Part shown: in pieces, positions 22,201 through 29,762 of the stretch
How positions within the stretch are numbered: the stretch's first letter is position 1
Layout of the letters: the number at the start of each line of letters is the position of its first letter
From: Macrostomum lignano
Taxonomy: Eukaryota
Direction of reading: 5' to 3'
Length of the DNA stretch: 29,762 bases
Assembly (NCBI GenBank): GCA_002269645.1
Contig: NIVC01004092.1
Span: 1 to 29,762 of the forward strand
Notes under the pieces: generated by a model
Told to the model about the DNA's origin: nothing
Database searches by the model: none
The model's input: the letters and a program-made list of their open reading frames with translations, nothing else
Made by a program: the position numbers and the translations under genes

Positions 22201-22463
22201 CGTCGGCGACTCCAGCTGGCAGGCCACGTCATCCGCGCCGAGGCCTACTGTCCGGAGCCGGTGCAGGAGGTGCTGCTACTTACGTTGCAGGCACCCTACC
22301 GGCGGGGACAGGCGAAGTCTCGGCGCTACGTCGACTGTCTGCTGGCTGACGCCGGCGCCCCGGACTCTGCCGGCGGTGCGGCTTTTGTTCGCGCCCAAGC
22401 TTTGAAGCGCGCCATCTGACGCTGCTTTTGTGAACTGGCAGCGTACTCTGTTGTTGCTGTTGT
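19289..22463 (+). mobile_element. Near-intact RTE/RTEX-like non-LTR retrotransposon
   Basis: GC-rich block with a single APE-EN + RT frame, a short 3' UTR and a (TGT)n-type tail (ctgttgttgctgttgtt). Candidate TSD tatagattaca at 18954-18964 and 22464-22474. Confidence 0.93.
19516..22419 (+). CDS. APE endonuclease-reverse transcriptase polyprotein
   Basis: The frame is open from 19516, upstream of the track start at 19663. EN motifs: GTLNCRTL, DVIALQE, GGVG, CAYAP, ILGDLNA, LDHVL, SDH. RT motifs: PKK, EQNGFRP, FVDFRKAFDSV, GVLQGDTLAPFLF, YADD, FVYLG. C-terminal RRRLQLAGHVIR. Confidence 0.95.
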   Translation, partial: GSPASSPSRTRGTLRVGTLNCRTLKATWRRGLLARLALDLSCDVIALQEVSIRADPGLHCEDLGAGWTLWYTSADERGRGGVGALIGPRLQQSCRCISLSSRLLRVDVRLRGRNTRLFCAYAPPATRSDEAQAFFEQLSVRVEEMAQRDTVVILGDLNAVLRRSERSLFVTARENGNTGALEDFLERQDMVSANTRFRKSPGRLATFVGCKRRRRNARGRNATRRLAQLDHVLVRFRERRRVTNCHTITPLALRSDHRLLICDLRLRDPLYRPPKRPPRRYYRALRDAETRRRFAGAFVTALGDKRGGAEYAEVSAAVRAAAEQAVPLMRPAQRGQPVWQDDPAIDEAREDLERLRLSGRPTREAEEALAAVYLQRQQSAVDDAIQAVSAAGPDARGRLAWSAINTLTGRKRRIALNLAGDTPDERRNELREFFAAIVNAPPPPLPENLRLPPETPLPAEESFNVAPVSTADVVKFARQSPGGKALGPDEVPTEALRIHCVATEVARVMNRVLFGEVAPNEWTTAHIVAIPKKPGTTKLEEHRGICLQSCAAKLFNRMLLSRLQPVLDPYLRPEQNGFRPHRGTVTQILALRRVIEEARIRQLTLILIFVDFRKAFDSVVRDALPEVLRAYNVPELLISAVMALYHGTTAAVSTPDGLSDFFETSSGVLQGDTLAPFLFILVLDWVLRTALPSNDDGFLLRRRVGRRQPERRLSVLGYADDLALLSSTVEGAQRQLDRLVAVAASVGLVVNTQKTVVLCVPDDTEAAIFCRGADGQASELPRCQQFVYLGGLVPDVREDLRRRRGLAWAAFRSIRSVLQSEALPDRQRAALFQAVIETVLLYNAETWTLTDSLEAQVDAAHAGLLRAAFKIGNERVTNTALYHRAGLARPSDLLRRRRLQLAGHVIRAEAYCPEPVQEVLLLTLQAPYRRGQAKSRRYVDCLLADAGAPDSAGGAAFVRAQALKRAI

Positions 22464-22791
22464 TATAGATTACACCTGGCCCAGAAAGCCTAACTCACAT
22501 GGATTGAGTATTAGGATGCCGAAAATCAGGCTTGAATCGAACCCCTTTTAACGAGATAATGCAGAAGTTTATTTATTTTTACATTACCAACTAACTAATT
22601 GTCATCACTGCTAGCTAATGCCTGTGAGTTGTCTGTAAGTTGTCGCTTCATATTGTGTCAACTGCATGGTGTTTCAGTGCTCAGAAAGTTTCTTTAAAGC
22701 TTTCGGTGTGCGGAGTTTTCTCAAATATAGACTATAGAGCTCGTACGAGCCTCATCGTGTCGCTTGAAACAGCGCGTGTTTCCGTTTTTTA

Positions 22792-23162
<371 letters not shown>

Positions 23163-23636
23163 TAGCAAACCCGTTCACTGCAAATAGGCAAGCTTTACTA
23201 ACATACGCTCGTAGCAAATAATTCTTAGTTTGGATACAGTCTTAGACATTAGTCATAAATACAGGAAAAAATGTCATATAGCACGCAATCTGTATTACTA
23301 TAAGTAGCCAACATGCCTAATATTAAATATTCGAAAACATGCATTTTTGCAAAAGTCAAGCAGCTCTTTCGACTTGAAATGCATTGTAAGAGTGCTAGAG
23401 AAAAAATTGACTGGTTTTGAATTCTGATTCTGAAATAGATTGAATCACAATAGTATTGAAAACGCAGTGTGGAAGCATAGCACCATACTTTATTTATATT
23501 GCGTAACCACAATGCTAACTTTAATAGAGTTGCCTAAGAAATTGATTATGCCATAACTGCTTCGTGTGACTTTTACTCAACTGACTTGGTTTGAGTGTTG
23601 AATTATAAGTGCTACAAATTCATTTATAAATTCAAT

Positions 23637-23706
23637 GAGAGCTAGCCTAGATGTGAACACACTGGACTGCTAATGCAGCGCGACCTGGGTTCGAATCTTA
23701 GTAGTG
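23637..23706 (+). pseudogene. tRNA-like element (tRNA-Ser(GCT)-like pseudogene or SINE head)
   Basis: A-box-like tagcctagatg; anticodon arm ctgga-ctGCTaa-tgcag with one mismatch; T-arm ctggg-ttcgaat-cttag; A-rich sequence follows. The acceptor stem is poor. Confidence 0.45.
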
Positions 23707-23784
23707 TATAAAAAAATAAAAGTAGCATGACTTTTTTTATTGAAAGCTTTTATTAAAGGACTAATTAAAAAGACCTGGACTATG

Positions 23785-24430
23785 GCGCTTGATAAATCAA
23801 AGATTACTGCGCTTGATAAACCAAAGATTACTGCACATGATAAACAAAGATTATGCGCTTGATAAACCAAGAATTATTGCACTTGATAAGCCAAGGATTA
23901 TTGCACTTGATAAGCCAAGGATTATTGCACTTGATAAGCCAATGATTATGGCACTTGATAAACCAAGGATTACTGCACTTGATAAACCAAGGATTACTGC
24001 GCTTGATAAATCAAGGATTACTGCGCTTGACAAACCAAGGATTATTGCACTTGATAAGCCAAGGATTACTGCACTTGATAAGCCATGGATTATTGCACTT
24101 TGATAATAAGGAATATTGCACTAGATAAACCAAGGAATATTGCACTTGATAAACCAAGGATTATTGCACTTGATAATGAGGAATATTGCACTAGATAAAC
24201 CAAGGAATATTGCACTTGATAAACCAAGGATTATTGCACTAGGTTAGAAAAGGCTGTTGCACTAGCTGAGACATCGATTTTTGTACTTGATGAGTAAAGG
24301 ATTATTGCACTAGATGAGAAAATGATTATTTCACTAGCTGAGAAGCTGATTATTGCGCTGTCTAAAAAAGAGATTATTGCGCTAGCTGAGACGTGGATTG
24401 CTGCACAACCTGAGAAAGCGATTATTGCAT
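23785..24430. repeat. 24-bp tandem array (GCACTTGATAAACCAAGGATTATT)n, diverging toward its 3' end
   Basis: About 27 units of 21-24 bp; reads ALDKPRII on + and LSSAIILG on -. Confidence 0.92.
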
Positions 24431-24471
24431 TAGCGGAGGTAACATTTGCACTAGCTACTTGCTGTCTGGTG

Positions 24472-24880
24472 GATGCTTGCTATCTGGGGGATGCTTGCTA
24501 TCTGGGGGATGCTTGCTATCTGGGGGATGCTTGCTATCTGGGGATGCTTGCTATCTGGGGGATGCTTGCTATCTGGGGGATGCTTGCTATCTGGGGGATG
24601 CTTGCTATCTGGGGGATGCTTGCTATCTCGAGGGGGGGGGTACTTGCTATTTGGGAGAGGGGGGGGGGTATTGGCTACATGTATGGGAGTCTTTCTATTT
24701 AGGGATGCTTGCTATTTAGGAATTCTTGCTATCTGCAGGATGCTTGCTATCTGGGATGCTTCTATCTGGGGGATGCTTGCTATCTGGGTGGATGCTTGCT
24801 ACGAGTATTAGGGGATGCTTGCTATCTGCTGTTGCTTACTTTTGGAGGGGGTGCTTGCTATCTGGGGGATGCTTGCTGTC
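24472..24880. repeat. 18-bp G-rich tandem array (GATGCTTGCTATCTGGGG)n
   Basis: Regular to about 24625, then degenerate. It explains the DACYLG, MLAIWG and GCLLSG ORFs. Confidence 0.93.
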
Positions 24881-25098
24881 TTGGGAATATTTTCTATTTA
24901 GGGGGAATGTCTGTTATCTTTGTGAAAGTTATATTTTGTTGTCTGTTTCTTAATTTTAGAAAAAAAGTTATTCATAGCAAGCATCTTTGTCCGTGACAAT
25001 TTTACATGAATAAGGTGATTTTTAAAAGAGAAGAAGGAATTAGTTCTTAAGAAAATGTGCTTTTTTAATTGTTTTACATGAACTATTTTGCTCCTTGC

Positions 25099-25380
<282 letters not shown>

Positions 25381-25548
25381 CTCTGCGAAAAACTTTCGAC
25401 TAGAATTTTTTAGATGCCAAATTTTTTTTTGATTATATTGGTAATATACAACACGTGAAAATATGGCAGAATTGAAAATAGAAATGAATAGACAAAAATG
25501 AGCTGATGGCTGCAGCTATGAGGAAAAAGATGACAGCTGAGATGAGAC

Positions 25549-25640
25549 ACAAGCCGTGAACGGGCCGGGCCGGATTGCTATTGTGAAGGACCCGAGGGCC
25601 GGATTGAGAGGCTTTGCGGGTCGGAGTCTGCCGACCCCTG
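25549..25640. mobile_element. Possible hAT (Charlie-like) terminal remnant
   Basis: Ends in gggccggattgagaggctttgcgggtcgg...tgccgacccctg, the reverse complement of a CAGGGGTCGGCA-type TIR. The other end is not seen. Confidence 0.4.
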
Positions 25641-26313
25641 GTGTAGAGCGTACGAGCTCAACAGTTTTGGTAGCTTAAAAATAGTTTTCTTAGAATGAGA
25701 AACTCATTCTATTGAGATGGCACCACAGTAGCTCACTACTCGAAATTATTTTGCTAGAGCTCTTAGCCCTCAAAACAATTCTAGGGCATTTCAGGTGACC
25801 CTGTAGCACAGACAGTTATGTTACCCTTGCCACTGGGTTGGTGGTAAGGGCGTTTAAACTGCGGGGTGAGGTGGCTCGCTTGGCTGGGGCGGGTGCGTGC
25901 GGGGTAGCGTGTGCTGCGGGGGCTCGGGGTGCGCGTGCGCGGGTGCTAGCTCGTATTTAGTCTGGTCTCCGCTTGTACGCCTATGGGTTCTTGTTTGTGT
26001 CGTAGTTTGAACGAAGCTGTCGGCAGAGTTTATTCAAGCATAGAAAATTATAAAATAAGTGGGAGGCTGAGAACGAAAGCTTAAGAACCATAGACATAAC
26101 AAGGATATGATTGGGTAAAGTGCAACAACGCTAGCTCTAGCTAGCAGCCACTACCACAGTTTGCTCAGATTTTTTTCTCACTTTCATTCGACTATTGAAT
26201 CTTTCGCAAGAAATAAATCCATCTGCAGGCTTTGTTTGGCCCAGAGGTTCCGTTTCGTGCCACCCCTTGTCTTGCCTCGATCCTTTCCTCGCGGTTTAGG
26301 GAAAGAAATGCTG

Positions 26314-26572
26314 AGACGGGAGACAGAGAGAGAGGAAGAGAGGGTGAGAAAGAGTGAGAGAGGGGTAGAGAGAGGGAGAGAGGGAAGAGAGATTGAGAGA
26401 GGGGGAGAGAGAGGGGAGACAGAGATATCGAGGGAGATATGCAGAGAGAGGGGGAAGGAGAGGAGAGAGAAATAGGGGAGGGAGGGGTAGAGAGACGGGG
26501 GAGAGAGACAGGGGAAGAGAGAGGGAGAGAGAGGGGAGACAGAGATAGGGAGAGAGGATCGAGGAGACAAGG
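26314..26572. repeat. Degenerate polypurine (GA-rich) tract
   Basis: Direct reading; it explains ORFs 26161..26475 and 26184..26570. Confidence 0.9.
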
Positions 26573-27271
26573 AAACCTATTCCTTTGAATCCAGCCCAGA
26601 TCTCATTTTCACTGAATTGCTTAATACACTTGCATGCTTAATATCTATTTGAAATTGCAATCATCAGGAATTAGAAATAAACCTCCGTGTTGAGGGTTAA
26701 AGATCGAGAGAAACATATCGAACCTTCGGCTTATTTAATTGATTAGAAGCATATACGATTGGTACCATCATCGTCTAATAGAGAGACGGAAGAATAAGAG
26801 ACAACTGAAACATTTGACCTGGTAGAGGTTGGAACTTAGGACCGTGCAGTGTTACTCCTTTACAAAAGAAGCAATGTTTTCAAGCTCTGCCCCGGGCAAA
26901 TTGCAGTGCCCAGGGCTCACGGCAGTCCTTGGGTTTGTGAAAGCGTCTTAGACGACACGTGCTTTAAGAGCCCAAACTTAAGGGTTTGGAGAATTATTTG
27001 CAATAAAAGATGCAGGTTGAGTAGCCAGCTAGTTTAATTTTGAGCCATTTTGAGCCACAAGTGAGCCGTGTGCGGTTCCCATCTTGTTAGACTGGCACGT
27101 GCAGTATCTTCATCAAGTAGCTGCATTGTCCAGCCTCTATGGCAAGCAGTGAGAGATGAAGAGATGCATGGAGCAAAAACTAAGGTGAGCTTGGGCAAGG
27201 CAGCACGCAGCCTGTGCCACGCAAAGCATTGCATTGAAAACGTGCACCCACAGCGCCCTGGCACGTTTTAG

Positions 27272-27321
27272 AGCTGCTTTTAAAAGCAGCTGACCCGAAG
27301 CAGCGCCTCTCTGTCTCAACT
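27272..27321 (+). promoter_or_regulatory. Candidate core promoter of the peptide gene: TATA-like TTTAAAA inside a perfect 20-bp palindrome, with an Inr-like TCAACT downstream
   Basis: agctgcttttaaaagcagct at 27272-27291 and tcaact at 27316-27321, 52-100 bp upstream of the ATG. Confidence 0.4.
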
Positions 27322-27372
27322 AGGAAAGTTTAAAATTTATTCAAGCCTTTCAAAACCAAACACAGCTGAACC

Positions 27373-27591
27373 ATGAAGATGCAACTTGGCATCGCACTGC
27401 TGCTGACCCTGTTCCTCGTGTCCCAGCTGGCAGCCAGCAACCAGTGGGATCAGGTGGAAGAGCCCGACTCGCTTGACGACATCGCCGGCGAAAGTCTTGA
27501 CGAGCCGCTGGAAGCTGACGACGACTACGATGAAGAAGTTCAACCTGTTGCCAAGTGGCGCCGCCGCCGATTAAGCTACGGCAAGAAGTGA
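27373..27591 (+). CDS. Secreted peptide precursor, 72 aa (signal peptide, acidic propeptide, cationic C-terminus ending in GKK)
   Basis: Hydrophobic LGIALLLTLFLVSQLAAS; residues 23-60 have 16 D/E and no K/R; the C-terminus is KWRRRRLSYGKK. It is a GC3-rich island in AT-rich flanks, with ATTAAA at 27788. Confidence 0.85.
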   Translation: MKMQLGIALLLTLFLVSQLAASNQWDQVEEPDSLDDIAGESLDEPLEADDDYDEEVQPVAKWRRRRLSYGKK

Positions 27592-27953
27592 AAGCAAAGT
27601 GAAGCAGACATCAAAGTGTTTTTAATCAAACTTTGTGAAACACTCTTATGCTACTGAAAACTGTTTTTTATTCAAGCAAACACCCTACAGACTACAGTGT
27701 TGCTAAAGTGTCCAAAGTTTTGTCATTTTTAGAGCAAAAAGCCCCACAAAATCAAGGTGTGCCAGTGTTGTCTTGAGCATGGCACCTATTAAACTGAATC
27801 TTTAAATATATTAGTTTTTTACTAATTGGTTGTGTGAGCAGACGTAGGCGATCAACAAACGTTCTTATCTTTATGTCTTTATTATAGCTATAGAAAGTTT
27901 AGATAGCAGTTTAAGTTCGTCCATTGATTAGTAAAAGTATAGAATGTGAAAAG

Positions 27954-28584
27954 CTTGCATTGATGAAAAAGAATTTCGCCATGAGAGAGCGCATGCAGAA
28001 GTTCTGTTCAACCTCGTTAATGGAGTGGCGTGGGGTCTAGCCTTTGAGGAGGCCAGCTTAAGAAGCACATTGAGTCGACACCATCATGTAATTGGTATTG
28101 ATCTGGTCGAGGCAGCGGAAACTCGTAGTTTTTTATCGGAAGAGCAGTGGCTTTTGACCCCGCACAGTCACTATTGTAAGTTTCTTATAAAACTTTAAAA
28201 ACTTCTTAAAGATGAACGTGAACAAATTCACGTTGTCCACAAACAGACACGCGTCCATATGGCCCCCAGGGTTTAACCTCATCGTCTTCCTCACCGATTT
28301 TTTCTTCTTCATCTCCTGCTTCTTCGAACATCTCCTCGTCGCTCATTCTTATTCTATTTGTGATATTTCTTCAACAATATATTCAGTGCATGCTCCCGTA
28401 CATTAAGCTTCTGTGTTCTAGAAGCGAACTTCACCGAGAGCACTCTGTGAAAGGGGGATGCTATAGAAAACCACAGAGAGTTACAGTACAGCTACAGGGG
28501 ATTGTTCAAGTTGATGGCTTCGTACAGTACACAAAAAACTGTTTAAAATTGAATGGGAAATCTGCATGCAGCGAGCGAGAATGA
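27954..28584 (+). CDS. Candidate two-exon coding fragment (27954-28175 and 28247-28584) with HExxH-x18-E, a Ser-rich linker and a hydrophobic segment
   Basis: The frame is open from 27950 to a t|gtaagt donor; a 71-nt GT-AG intron joins in phase 1 to a 112-codon frame. The upstream acceptor is weak and no start codon is found. Confidence 0.3.
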
Positions 28585-28669
28585 ACGCTCGTAATAAAAC
28601 AGCGCACAAAAATGTGTTAAAATTGAATGGGAAATCTGCATGCAGGAGCGAGAATGAACGCTCGTAATA
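28543..28669. repeat. ~54-bp direct duplication with a 74-bp period
   Basis: ttaaaattgaatgggaaatctgcatgcag(c)gagcgagaatgaacgctcgtaata at 28543 and 28617. Confidence 0.9.
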
Positions 28670-29199
28670 GAATATTTACTTTTCGACATTGAATGCGCTT
28701 GCCGAATTGGAATGGTAGTTTTGTGGAAATGGAACGGAAAAGGTGTTATAACTTTTTATTCCACGGTTTTGAGCAAGTTTCGGCCTTAAAGCAGAACAGC
28801 AGCGCATTTTCTGAATCCAATTCAGTCAAAGTCAGTTCAAGAAGTACTTTATTTAAAGGAAATTATTCAACAAGAGAAGTATGCCAGGTCAAGAAGCCGT
28901 CTGTATCGGAGACTGCGTGCCAGATCTGGCTGGTACGGCCATTCTAGGCGACGATGTTGGCGATTTAAATCTGCAGTGAGTGAATTTCAGGCGGCACTAA
29001 AGTGAATTTCTGTTCTGTCATTCAAGATCTGTGACGAGTACGAGTCACAAGCGACTTGTTGTGCCGTCGGGCCACAGCCGGTGCAAGGGGCCGTGTTACT
29101 GCGTTCCATCGTTCGCACCCAGCCCGTCAACCGCGACGAGCCATTATATTTGCCCGAAAGTACAAATAGTGCTGACAACTCCTGGCATTGGACGCGGAT

Positions 29200-29748
29200 G
29201 ACCTTGGTTGGGTCGGACGTCCGCCTCTCGGCTGCGGCAGCAAAGCTCAGCACAGCAGGGACACGCAGAGGTCGGCGCAGCGCGCAACGTCGCACTGAGT
29301 GGCGGCGCGAGCGCAACCGGCGAGGGCGACTCCGTGGCGCGGCCAGGCGCCTGTTGTCCCCAGTCCCTGCAACTTCATCTATGGATCCACTGGGGACCAC
29401 GAGGCCAACCTTCATTTGGCCCAGCTGTACCAGGTGGCCGCCTCAGACTCGGCACGATGAACTGCGAACTCTGAAGGCCCCCTGGCGTCGCACCATCCTT
29501 GTCCAGCTGGCCACGACCTACAGCTGGACCTCGTCCCGCTGCAGGAGATTTCTATCGTGGCTGAGCCGGGGCTCCACTCTGAGGACCTCGGAGCCGGCTG
29601 GAGCTCCTGTAAACGTCGGCAGACGACCGCGGCCGGGCGGTGTCGCGTACATGATCGGACCGCGCCTCCAGCAGAGCGTGCACTGCACCTCTCTGTCCCC
29701 GCGACTGCTGCGGTCGACCTGCGACTGCGCGCCCGCTGCATCAGGCTG
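29200..29748 (+). mobile_element. 5' part of a diverged, frameshifted relative of the 19289-22463 retrotransposon
   Basis: RLSAAAAK...RRERNRRGRLRGAARR leader, then GRLRLGTMNC, RTLKAPWRR, LQEISIVAEPGLHSEDLGAGW and IGPRLQQS, spread over shifting frames and collinear with 19340-19870. Confidence 0.88.
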
Positions 29749-29762
29749 CATTTAGGGAGGAA

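Noticed and set aside
19732-22227. Antisense and alternate-frame ORFs up to 342 aa over the retrotransposon
   Set aside because: They are expected shadows of very GC-rich coding DNA and carry no recognisable motifs.
24472-24880. G-quadruplex or coding role of the GGGGG-containing 18-bp array
   Set aside because: Loops are 13 nt and all three frames are open only because the unit is 18 bp. Nothing here goes beyond an ordinary minisatellite.
26815-26900. Possible reverse-strand tRNA/SINE head
   Set aside because: The B-box match is poor, and no A-box or tail was found.
26640-27010. C/EBP- or NF-kB-like sites upstream of the peptide gene
   Set aside because: Only short partial matches (attgcaat, tttgcaat) that are expected by chance in AT-rich DNA.

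Overview
This is a repeat-rich eukaryotic (metazoan) genomic window; its style resembles flatworm genomes such as Macrostomum, but that is inference only. (1) A multi-exon + strand gene that the ORF track largely misses can be assembled by hand from about 6743 to the stop at 16748: about 16 exons and about 560 aa, with the 5' end unresolved. It encodes 10 copies of an [ND]P[IL][TAL]G motif on a run of symmetric phase-1 exons. Many of its introns carry a micro- or minisatellite, a SINE or a decayed RTE LINE. (2) A near-intact GC-rich RTE/RTEX-like non-LTR retrotransposon (APE endonuclease + RT; open frame 19516-22419) has a candidate 11-bp TSD that also encloses an 18-bp tandem array and a fold-back. 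A diverged, frameshifted 5' part of a related element lies at the right end of the window. (3) A single-exon 72-aa secreted peptide precursor (27373-27591) has a signal peptide, an acidic propeptide and a cationic, probably amidated C-terminus. (4) An exon-like pair at 27954-28584 contains an HExxH-x18-E pattern. Most long ORFs in the supplied track are translations of tandem repeats or antisense shadows of the retrotransposon. All exon calls are manual and unverified by transcripts.
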